DNA of 64,000 nucleotides, taken from contig OZ219926.1 in the NCBI GenBank assembly GCA_964291405.2, positions 3,008,001 through 3,072,000 on the forward strand, given 5' to 3'. Position numbers and translations under genes: made by a program. This DNA is from Thermodesulfobacteriota bacterium (GTDB lineage Bacteria > Desulfobacterota > Binatia > Bin18). Numbering within the stretch: the first letter of the stretch is position 1; each line of letters starts with the position of its first letter. The notes under the pieces were generated by a model. The model had not been told where the DNA came from, ran no database searches, and was given only the letters and a program-made list of their open reading frames with translations. This document shows positions 49,003 through 57,520 of this stretch, one piece after another.

Positions 49003-50604
49003 GTGCCCCCAACCGACACGTCTGTAGACCCTTCCCAAGGGACTCCTGACTCTTTGCGGTCCCGGATCGCTCGGAAGGGCAGCCCCATTATTATTGCGAC
49101 GCTGCTAAGCCGGCCGCTGGGTTTTATCCGGGAAGCCGTCCAGGCTGCGCTGTTTGGTGCGTCTCGCCTGACGGATGCCTTTCTGGTTGCGTATAACGTC
49201 CCGGAAATGATGCAGACCCTTTTCTTCAGCGGGGTACTGAGCAATTTTTTCGTGCCGGTCATCACCCGCTATCGCGACAAGAAAGACGAGCTGAGTACGA
49301 TTTTCAGCCTCGCTCTGAATGGGGCCATCCTCTTGGCCGTGCTGCTGGCCGGGGGGTGTTATGTCTTCGCCTCTGGCCTCATGACTGTGGCTGCGCCCGG
49401 TTTGGCCGGGGACGATCACGCGCTGGCGGTCTTTCTGTTTCGATTCATGCTGCCCATGCTGGTCCTGCACTGCCTGCTGGCCGTGATGAAAGGCACGCTC
49501 AACAGCCTCGACCACTACGCCATGCCGGAATACGCGGGGGTGTTTTTCAATCTGGTTATGATTCTGTGTGCCCTGGCTCTCGCACCCAGCTATGGCATTA
49601 CCAGCCTGGCAATCGGCGTTGTCGCCGGCAGCAGCCTCCAGGTGCTGATCCAACTACCCACGCTGCGACGCTACGGTATCCGCTATCGACCAACCCTGGC
49701 TTTCTCTCACCCGGCCCTGCGAGAAATGGGCGGCCTGGCGCTCGGCGCCTTTATTGCCACCGCGGTTGTGCCCATCAATGCCTTTGTGGCGCGGGCTCTG
49801 GCATCAACTCTGGCCGAGGGCAGTATATCCGCCCTGGCGTATGCCTTTCGGGTATTTCTGTTACCGGTTAGTGTGGTCGCGGTTCCGGTCTATACCGTCC
49901 TGCTGACCGAACTCTCAAGCGCCCACAACCAGGGACAGCTTGCGACCTTCAAAAAACAGGCCGAGGCCGGACTCTCGCTGCTCTTTGCGGTTGCCCTGCC
50001 GGCAACCGCGATCCTGGTTGCCCTGGCGCTGCCTATCACCCGCCTGCTGTACGAACGTGGTCAATTCACTCCGGAAGACGTGGCCATGACCAGCCAGGCC
50101 CTGATGGCCTACGGGGTTGGCATCCTGGCCTATGGGACCAGTCAGGTGATGGTGCGCCTCTTCAACGCCACAAAGGACACCCGGACGCCCGCTTGGATTG
50201 GGGTTGGTTCGATTGGGCTGCACGCGGCCGGCTGTTGGCTGCTGATGCAGGTGTGGGGTCACTGGGGTATTGCCCTGGTGACCTCGCTGGTGTCCTATCT
50301 GAACACCGGTGTCCTGTACGTCATCTTTCGGCGGCGGCACGGCCCGCTTGATGAAGGAATCCTCCTGCGGCGTCTTGGAGTCCATGTCGTGTTAGCTGTG
50401 GTTTTGGGAGGCTGCCTGTTTTTTTTCAGCCAGCCTCTGGCCACTGCCACCGGCTCGCTCATGACCGGTGAGCATCTTCTCCGTTTGGCCGGCATCCTGA
50501 TCGCCGGCGGAGGCGTCTATCTCGTGCTCGGTCTGCTCTTCAAAGTGGAAGAGGTTCGCACGGGAGTGCGTGTGCTCAAGCGGGCGGTGAGGGGACTGAA
50601 ATAA
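49003..50604 (+). CDS. murJ: Lipid II flippase MurJ (MviN); start uncertain
   Basis: LSRPLGFIRE, DAFLVAYNVP, FVPV, LYERGQFT, DTRTP. Confidence 0.9.
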   Translation: MPPTDTSVDPSQGTPDSLRSRIARKGSPIIIATLLSRPLGFIREAVQAALFGASRLTDAFLVAYNVPEMMQTLFFSGVLSNFFVPVITRYRDKKDELSTIFSLALNGAILLAVLLAGGCYVFASGLMTVAAPGLAGDDHALAVFLFRFMLPMLVLHCLLAVMKGTLNSLDHYAMPEYAGVFFNLVMILCALALAPSYGITSLAIGVVAGSSLQVLIQLPTLRRYGIRYRPTLAFSHPALREMGGLALGAFIATAVVPINAFVARALASTLAEGSISALAYAFRVFLLPVSVVAVPVYTVLLTELSSAHNQGQLATFKKQAEAGLSLLFAVALPATAILVALALPITRLLYERGQFTPEDVAMTSQALMAYGVGILAYGTSQVMVRLFNATKDTRTPAWIGVGSIGLHAAGCWLLMQVWGHWGIALVTSLVSYLNTGVLYVIFRRRHGPLDEGILLRRLGVHVVLAVVLGGCLFFFSQPLATATGSLMTGEHLLRLAGILIAGGGVYLVLGLLFKVEEVRTGVRVLKRAVRGLK

Positions 50605-50606
50605 AA

Positions 50607-50751
50607 ATGTGGGTGACGACCCTGGGGGTGGAGTTTCTGCGGGGAGCCGCAGGGGGAGTGTGTGATGGCGGGTTCCCCGACCCCGGGTGAGACCGTGCTG
50701 TTGGAATGGCAGCAGAATAACCAGAATTTTGTCATCACAGACATGAATTGA
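50607..50751 (+). pseudogene. Orphan C-terminal fragment of a repeated surface-protein domain
   Basis: VTTLGVEFLRGAAG, frameshift in a G-run, ECVMAGSPTPGETVLLEWQQNNQNFVITDMN*; resembles a C-terminal module I recall from sponge-symbiont proteins (unverified). Confidence 0.5.
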
Positions 50752-50830
50752 GGAGATAGGGTAACGAAAACATGCCGCATGAGAGGCGAGGGTATTATCC
50801 GATATCCATGTGGGACATGAGGGGTGCGTG

Positions 50831-52597
50831 ATGGGTGTTGACGGTTCCGGCCAACTCGCGAGCGTACGCTACCAGCCCGACGAGAAACCGCCGCCAGCAA
50901 TCGCGTTCGGTCTCGGTTTACAGTTCGCCATTCTCATTATTGCCAGAATAGTCGTGATTCCTATGGTTGTGGTACGGGCCGGCGGCGGGACCGAAGCCTA
51001 CCTGTCCTGGGCTCTGTTCGCCGCGGTCTCGATCTGTGGCCTGACCACGGTACTGCAAGCGTTCCGGTTTGGCCGTATCGGTGCAGGCTATGTCGCCGTG
51101 ATGGGTACCTCCCTGGCTGTCGTAGCGGTAAGCATCACGGCGGTGGCCGAGGGCGGCCCGGCGTTGCTCGCGACCCTGGTGGTCGTCGCGTCGCTGGTCC
51201 CGCTGGCGCTTTCCGCACGGCTCTCGCTGTTTCGGCGGCTCCTGACCCCGACCGTTTCGGGGACGGTCATCATGCTGATCCCGGCCACGTTGATGCCAAC
51301 GGTCTTCGGTCTACTGGAGGATGTGCCGGTGGGAACCTCGACTCTGGCCGCTCCGTTGAGCGTCCTCGTGACCATGTTGATCATTACCGGCATCGCGCTC
51401 AGGACAACAGGAGCGCTACGTCTCTGGGCGCCGGTGATCGGTGTAGCCATCGGCTCTTTGGCGGCGGGGTGGTTCGGTCTCTTCAACGTGGACGGTATCG
51501 CCGAGGCTGCGTGGGTCGGCCTTCCGGCAGGCGAATGGCCCGGCTTGGCTCTTGATTTCGGGCCACTTTTTTGGGCGCTTCTTCCCGCCTTCGTACTCGT
51601 GGCGCTGATCGAAAGCGTCCAGACGATCAGCAATGCCGTCGCCGTGCAGCGTGTCTCCTGGCGGCGGCCTCGGGCGGTGGATTTTCGGGCGGTCCAGGGC
51701 GCGGTGACGGCGGCCGGAATCGGCAACCTGCTGTCCGGCTTGGCCGGAACGGTGCCGAACACACTGCTATCGACCGGTGTGGCGGTGATCGAACTCACCG
51801 GGGCGGCGGCCCGCCGCGTCGGGGTTGCCGTTGGCGTTATATTCGTCGCCGTGGCGTTCCTTCCCAAGGCGCTCGCCGTGGTCCTGGCAATACCGGGTCC
51901 GGTCGTCGCGGCCTATCTCGCCGTCTTACAGGCGACGCTCTTTGTGGTCGGCATGAAGGTTATCGTTCAGGACGGAATCGACTATCGCAAGGGGCTGGTC
52001 GTCGGCCTGTCGTTCTGGGTCGGTGTCGGCTTTCAGAATGGCGCGATATTCCCCGAGTTTGCTCAGGCATTCGCCGGAGGCCTGCTGCGGAATGGGGTCA
52101 CGGCAGGCGGTCTTATGGCTATCCTCATGACGTTCTTCATGGAGATGACAAAACCACGCCGCGGCCGGATGGAGACAGGATTTGGTCTTTCCGCGCTGAC
52201 AGAGATTAGGGAGTTTCTTGTCGCGTTCGCGTCTCGTTGCGGCTGGGATAGAGCGATGGTGGAGCGCCTTGAGGCTGTCGGCGAGGAGACGTTGCTGACG
52301 CTGCTCGGGCAAGACGAGGCCGACGAGGAGAAGGAGCAGCGACGGCTCCTCCTGATGGCGCGCAAGGAGGGGGCTGGAGCGGTACTCGAGTTCGTTGCCG
52401 CGACCGGCGAGGACAACCTCCAGGACCGGATGGCACTGCTTGGCGAGCAGGTGGGCGAAATCCCGATCGAGCGGGACGTTTCGCTTCGGCTGTTGCGCCA
52501 CCTCGCGTCTTCGGTCCGTCACGAGCAATATCATGACACCGATATCGTGACTGTCCGTGTGGATGCCCCGGAGAAAATTCCCGGCGGACCGGCCTAA
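50831..52597 (+). CDS. NCS2-family permease with C-terminal RsbW/HATPase-like domain, paralog 2
   Basis: Colinear with 47168-48919 (QRVSWRRPRAxDFR, AVGEETLL, SLRLLRH, VRHxxxHDTDxVTVRV). Confidence 0.8.
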   Translation: MGVDGSGQLASVRYQPDEKPPPAIAFGLGLQFAILIIARIVVIPMVVVRAGGGTEAYLSWALFAAVSICGLTTVLQAFRFGRIGAGYVAVMGTSLAVVAVSITAVAEGGPALLATLVVVASLVPLALSARLSLFRRLLTPTVSGTVIMLIPATLMPTVFGLLEDVPVGTSTLAAPLSVLVTMLIITGIALRTTGALRLWAPVIGVAIGSLAAGWFGLFNVDGIAEAAWVGLPAGEWPGLALDFGPLFWALLPAFVLVALIESVQTISNAVAVQRVSWRRPRAVDFRAVQGAVTAAGIGNLLSGLAGTVPNTLLSTGVAVIELTGAAARRVGVAVGVIFVAVAFLPKALAVVLAIPGPVVAAYLAVLQATLFVVGMKVIVQDGIDYRKGLVVGLSFWVGVGFQNGAIFPEFAQAFAGGLLRNGVTAGGLMAILMTFFMEMTKPRRGRMETGFGLSALTEIREFLVAFASRCGWDRAMVERLEAVGEETLLTLLGQDEADEEKEQRRLLLMARKEGAGAVLEFVAATGEDNLQDRMALLGEQVGEIPIERDVSLRLLRHLASSVRHEQYHDTDIVTVRVDAPEKIPGGPA

Positions 52598-52680
52598 AGC
52601 GGCCATGAGCCCACACCCGGCCCATAAAGTATTCCCTGGTCTCAGGAAGCGGGAGAGAGCAACGTAAACTCCGCACCGGT

Positions 52681-54570
52681 CTATTGGGATAGGGCTTCGA
52701 GCACTTCCCAGCGTTCGTACGCCTGCGCGAGTTCTCGTTCGATGTCGTCTAAGCGCTGTTGTAATGTCGTGATTTCCGCTCCACCTCTACGGTAGAGTTC
52801 GGAGTCGGACAGCCTGGCGTGTATCTCGGCTTGCTCGTGCTCAAGTGACTCAATATGCTGTGGTAGCGCTTCAAGCTCGCGCTGTTCCTTGTAGCTGCGC
52901 TTGCGCTGTCGTTCCTGGCGTTCTCGTTGGAGGGACGCCGTTTTCGGCTCGGACCTCTGCGGTGTGGTTTCCGTGGGGCGGCGCTGACGCAGCCAGTCAT
53001 CATAGCCACCAATATACTCGTCAATGTGTCCGTCGCCTTCAAAGACGAGGGTGCTGGTGACAACATTATTGAGAAAAGCCCGATCATGGCTCACTAAAAG
53101 GACCGTGCCGGAGTATGCGAGCAAGAGTTCTTCGAGTAGCTCCAAGGTCTCGATGTCGAGGTCGTTGGTTGGCTCGTCTAAGACCAGCACATTCGAAGGT
53201 TGGGCAAACAGACGGGCGAGCAACACCCGGTTCCGCTCTCCACCGGATAAAACGCTGGCCGGACTCCGGGCACGGTCTGGCGAGAACAGAAAGTCTTGCA
53301 GGTAGCTGATAATATGACGATCCTTGCCATTGAACGTGACATGATCGTTTCCCCGTCCTACAATTTCCTGGACTGTTTTGTCGGCCTCAAGCGGCGTACG
53401 GAGTTGATCGAAATAGGCGACTGCCAAATTAGTGCCGTGGTGAACACTTCCCTGTTGGGGCAGGAGTTCGCCTAATAAAAGCTGAAGCAGTGTTGTTTTT
53501 CCTATGCCGTTCGGACCGATAACACCGATCTTATCGCCCCGTAGAATCACCGTGGAAAAATCCTTGATAACGGGCTGGCCCGCATACGCATAGCTGACGT
53601 CTTGCGCCCGAAGCACAAGTTTTCCGGAGCGTTCCGCTTCCTGGACTTGGAAACGGACCGTGCCCGGCTGTGTGCGGCGGTTTCTTCGGATCGTCCGGAG
53701 TTCCTGAAGGGCTTGTACACGGCCCTCATTCCGAGTCCGGCGGGCTTTAATGCCTTGACGAATCCAGGCCTCTTCCTGGGCGAGTTTTTTATCGAACTGG
53801 GCCCAGTGTTGGGCCTCGGTCTCAAGCGCTGCCTGTTTCCGTTCCAGGAAGGTCTCGTAGTCGCACGACCAACTCGTCAGACGCCCCCGATCAAGTTCCA
53901 CAATACGGGTGGCAAGATTTTTGAGCAGCATGCGGTCGTGCGTCACAAAGACGAGGGTCTTGACCTGTTGCAGCAAGAACTCTTCGAGCCAGGTAATAGA
54001 CTCCATGTCGAGGTGGTTGGTCGGTTCGTCGAGCAGCAGGATATCGGGGTCACTCACCAAGGCTTCGGCAAGGAGCACACGACGTTTGAGTCCGCCGGAA
54101 AGCGTGTTGAATACCGCCCGCTCGTCGAGCTTCAACTGACTCAGTGTGTGCTCGACCCGCTGATGAACCAGCCAACCTCCGTTGCTATCTACAGCTTGTT
54201 GCAGACGCTCCAACTGCCGGAGCAGTTTTGGATCATTCTTTTGACTCACTTGGGCACTGACGGTGTGATAGGCCGCCAGAGTTTCACCCAGTTTGCCTAA
54301 GCCCTGGGTCACGCGCTGCAACACCGTCCCAGGCAGAGACAGAGGAATGTCCTGAGGGAGGAAGCTGGCGCGCGTATCCTTAGCGCGGACGAGCTGACCG
54401 GCGTCGGGCCGGACCTTACCCTGAATCACTTTCATCAGGGTAGACTTCCCCGCCCCGTTGCGGCCCAGGATGCCAACCCGCTCCCCCGCTTCGAGTTGCA
54501 AACTCACCCCGTCCAGCAACGGCGGCTCTCCAAAGCTGACCCGGACATCCTGAAGGCTCAGTACTGCCAT
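52681..54570 (-). CDS. uup: ABC-F ATPase Uup
   Basis: Two ABC domains (GRNGAGKST, GPNGIGKTT, LSGG, LDEPTN), WIRQGIKARRTRNEGRV linker, coiled-coil C-terminal domain. Confidence 0.92.
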   Translation of the reverse strand: MAVLSLQDVRVSFGEPPLLDGVSLQLEAGERVGILGRNGAGKSTLMKVIQGKVRPDAGQLVRAKDTRASFLPQDIPLSLPGTVLQRVTQGLGKLGETLAAYHTVSAQVSQKNDPKLLRQLERLQQAVDSNGGWLVHQRVEHTLSQLKLDERAVFNTLSGGLKRRVLLAEALVSDPDILLLDEPTNHLDMESITWLEEFLLQQVKTLVFVTHDRMLLKNLATRIVELDRGRLTSWSCDYETFLERKQAALETEAQHWAQFDKKLAQEEAWIRQGIKARRTRNEGRVQALQELRTIRRNRRTQPGTVRFQVQEAERSGKLVLRAQDVSYAYAGQPVIKDFSTVILRGDKIGVIGPNGIGKTTLLQLLLGELLPQQGSVHHGTNLAVAYFDQLRTPLEADKTVQEIVGRGNDHVTFNGKDRHIISYLQDFLFSPDRARSPASVLSGGERNRVLLARLFAQPSNVLVLDEPTNDLDIETLELLEELLLAYSGTVLLVSHDRAFLNNVVTSTLVFEGDGHIDEYIGGYDDWLRQRRPTETTPQRSEPKTASLQRERQERQRKRSYKEQRELEALPQHIESLEHEQAEIHARLSDSELYRRGGAEITTLQQRLDDIERELAQAYERWEVLEALSQ

Positions 54571-54747
54571 GTCAGGAGGTTTCTCATATTCGAGGGCGGA
54601 AGGCTATTGCGGTCATGCGCTATGGATGCTCGTGCGAGTGTTGTAAAATGTCCACTTCGACACAATGACAATAGCCTCAGGCTGGCCGCTTTATCTCTAG
54701 CAGGTTTTCGAGTAAACAAAGCGGGCAACGGTGGAAGGAAGGCCATT

Positions 54748-55542
54748 ATGGGACAACTGGAAAACAAAGTCGCTCTCATTACCGGCTCCGGGCGGGGGCA
54801 GGGGCTGGTGGCCGCCAAGCGCTTTGCCTCAGAAGGGGCGAAGATCGTGATCAACGACCTGGACGCGGAGTCTGTTGAGGCTGCGGTTGCCGCGGTCAAA
54901 AACGCTGGTGGCGAAGCTGTTGGGGCCGTCGGAGATGTATCGAAAGCCGCAGACGTGCAAGCTGTTCTGCAAACCGCCCAGGACGCCTTTGGCGGGTTTG
55001 ACATTCTGTATAACAACGCCGGGATCGGCTACTCGGCGACCTCGCGCTTCGGCATTGCCATGAGTGATATCGTCAACTGTACCGAGGATGACTGGCGGCG
55101 CATTATGGATATCAATGTCGGTGGGATTTTTCTATTTTGCAAATACGGGATTCCCCGGCTGATCGAACGCGGAGGCGGGGTCATTATCAACACCGCCTCC
55201 ATTGCCGCTCTGCGCGGGGCTCAGGACGCGCACGCCTACACCGCCAGCAAAGGCGCTATTCTGGCCCTGACCAGGGCGATTGCGGTGACCTATGGCCCTA
55301 AAGGCATCCGTGCCAACACGCTCTGCCCCGGCGTGATCGACACCGAAATGATTCACGATACCTTAATCAGCCAGAAGGGCATCAGCGATCTCCTGGCCCG
55401 CAACACCCCGCTCCAGCGCAACGGCACGCCGGAAGATGTGGCCGATGTGGCGCTCTTCCTGGCGAGCGATCAGTCACGTTTTGTGACGGGTGAGGCGTTT
55501 GCCATCGATGGCGGGATCATCCAGCATCTTGGGTTGGCCTAG
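54748..55542 (+). CDS. Short-chain dehydrogenase/reductase, first gene of the dehydrogenase operon
   Basis: TGSGRGQG, NNAG, YTASK. Confidence 0.92.
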   Translation: MGQLENKVALITGSGRGQGLVAAKRFASEGAKIVINDLDAESVEAAVAAVKNAGGEAVGAVGDVSKAADVQAVLQTAQDAFGGFDILYNNAGIGYSATSRFGIAMSDIVNCTEDDWRRIMDINVGGIFLFCKYGIPRLIERGGGVIINTASIAALRGAQDAHAYTASKGAILALTRAIAVTYGPKGIRANTLCPGVIDTEMIHDTLISQKGISDLLARNTPLQRNGTPEDVADVALFLASDQSRFVTGEAFAIDGGIIQHLGLA

Positions 55543-55567
55543 GCCGAGTATTAAAAAAGGGGAATTT

Positions 55568-56518
55568 ATGGATCAGGAACAACTCGTCAGAGTGTACAAG
55601 AACTCGGTGCTGGCGCGGCGCTTTGAGGCGAAAATCGTCGAGCTGGCCATGGCCGGCGAACTGCCACCCGCGTTGCACGTCGGCGCCGGCCAGGAGGTGG
55701 CGCAGATCGCCGCCATCGAGGCCCTGCGGCCCGACGATTATATCCTGTACGGCCATCGCGGTGTGGCGTATATGGTCGCTCGGGGCGTGAGCCTGGCCGA
55801 TATGCTGGCCGATATGGCCGGCAAGGAGGGCGCGACCAGTCGAGGCAAGGGCGGGGTGATGCACGTCGTGGACGTACCAAAGGGCATTCTGGGTGAGAGC
55901 GGGACTTTGGGCGGTAGCTTCGTTGTCTCGGTTGGCGTGGGCATGGCGCTCAAGCGTAAGCAGCCGGACACGGTCGTGACCTATTTCTTTGGAGATGGGA
56001 CCGCGAACCGGGGCCCGTTCCACGAGGCGCTCAACTGGGCCGCAGTTCAGAAACTGCCCTGTATCTATTTTTGTGAGAATAACGGCCTCGCGATTTCCAT
56101 GCCGACCAGCCGCTCGACCGCCGTCGAGAATATCGCGGACCGGGCCGCAGGCTATAACGTCCCTGGAGTGGTGGTTGACGGGAATGATCCGGTGGCGGTG
56201 TACGAAGTCATGGAACAGGCCGTGGCGCGGGCGCGGGCCGGCTACGGCCCAACGCTGATTGAAGCCAAGGTGACGCGGCTGCAAGGACATTATGTAGCCG
56301 ACCAGCAGGAATACCGGGCCGACATCGACCAAGTAGCGGAAAAAGACCCCTTGCCGAAGCTGCAACAGACCCTGTGTGACCGGGGCATGCTGACACAGTC
56401 GGACGTGGATGACATACAGGCCGCCGCAGACCAACAGATCGAAGCAGCCGTAGCAGTCATGCGCGCGGCCCCGCTGCTTGCACCGGAAGTCGCTCTGCAA
56501 GACGTGTATGCGGAGTGA
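55568..56518 (+). CDS. TPP-dependent 2-oxoacid/acetoin dehydrogenase E1 alpha subunit
   Basis: GQE, HRG, GKGGVMH, GDG..ENN TPP motif, RLQGH. Confidence 0.92.
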   Translation: MDQEQLVRVYKNSVLARRFEAKIVELAMAGELPPALHVGAGQEVAQIAAIEALRPDDYILYGHRGVAYMVARGVSLADMLADMAGKEGATSRGKGGVMHVVDVPKGILGESGTLGGSFVVSVGVGMALKRKQPDTVVTYFFGDGTANRGPFHEALNWAAVQKLPCIYFCENNGLAISMPTSRSTAVENIADRAAGYNVPGVVVDGNDPVAVYEVMEQAVARARAGYGPTLIEAKVTRLQGHYVADQQEYRADIDQVAEKDPLPKLQQTLCDRGMLTQSDVDDIQAAADQQIEAAVAVMRAAPLLAPEVALQDVYAE

Positions 56519-56541
56519 GCAGCCAAGCGGAGTACACAACC

Positions 56542-57513
56542 ATGCCAACACTGACCTACAGTCAGGCGATTAACGATGCGCTCGCCGAAGAAATGCAGCG
56601 CGATGAAAACGTGATTTTGTACGGCCAGGACGTTGCGGTCTGGGGCGGGATTTTCAAAGTCACCGACGGGCTGCTTGAAAAGTTCGGTCCGGATCGTGTG
56701 TTCGATACGCCTATCTCCGAAAGCGTGATGGTCGGCGCCGGTGTGGGTGCGGCTTCGATGGGCTTGCGGCCGGTGGTGGAACTTCAGTTTGCCGATTTTG
56801 TCATTACCGCGGGTGATGAAATTTTCTTTAAGGCTGGCATGTGGCGCTATATGCACGGCGGGGCGCATACGATTCCGCTGGTGGTGCGGGCCCCCTCGGG
56901 CGGCTCGGGCTTTGGGCCCGAGCATTCCGCCTGTCCCGAAGCCTTTATCATGCACGCTCCCGGTCTGTTGTGTGCCGTCCCCTCAACGCCGGAAGATGCC
57001 AAGGGTCTGCTCAAGCAGGCGATTCGACTCGATAACCCGGTCATCTATTTTGAGCACAAACTGCTGTATCAAATGCGGGATGAGGTGGCGGACGGAGAGG
57101 TCTTGACGCCCTTTGGCAAAGCGGTTGTCCGACGCGAGGGCGAAGCCGTGACGATTGTGGCCTGGCAGGACATGCTGCGCCGTTCGCTCGCGGCGGCGGA
57201 ACGGCTGAGCCAGGAGGGCATCGAGGTCGAGATCGTTGACCCGCGTACCCTGAATCCGTTTGATAGAGAAACCATTATCGAGTCGGTCAAAAAGACTGGA
57301 GCTTGTATTGTGGTTGAAGAGGCCTATCGCACGCTCGGGGTTGGGGCGGAGATCGGAGCCCTGCTCGTAGAAGAGGCCCTGCCTTATCTGGACAAACCGC
57401 TCAAGCGCCTGGCCATTCCTGATGTACCGATTCCGACCAGTCAACACCTGGTCGATGCCATCGTTCCTTCGGTGGACGATATTTACCGGGCGGTCAGAGA
57501 ACTCGTTGACTGA
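56542..57513 (+). CDS. 2-oxoacid/acetoin dehydrogenase E1 beta subunit
   Basis: DTPISE, RPVVELQFADF, DAKGLL, DPRTL; alternative GTG start at 56515. Confidence 0.92.
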   Translation: MPTLTYSQAINDALAEEMQRDENVILYGQDVAVWGGIFKVTDGLLEKFGPDRVFDTPISESVMVGAGVGAASMGLRPVVELQFADFVITAGDEIFFKAGMWRYMHGGAHTIPLVVRAPSGGSGFGPEHSACPEAFIMHAPGLLCAVPSTPEDAKGLLKQAIRLDNPVIYFEHKLLYQMRDEVADGEVLTPFGKAVVRREGEAVTIVAWQDMLRRSLAAAERLSQEGIEVEIVDPRTLNPFDRETIIESVKKTGACIVVEEAYRTLGVGAEIGALLVEEALPYLDKPLKRLAIPDVPIPTSQHLVDAIVPSVDDIYRAVRELVD

Positions 57514-57520
57514 GGCTGGT

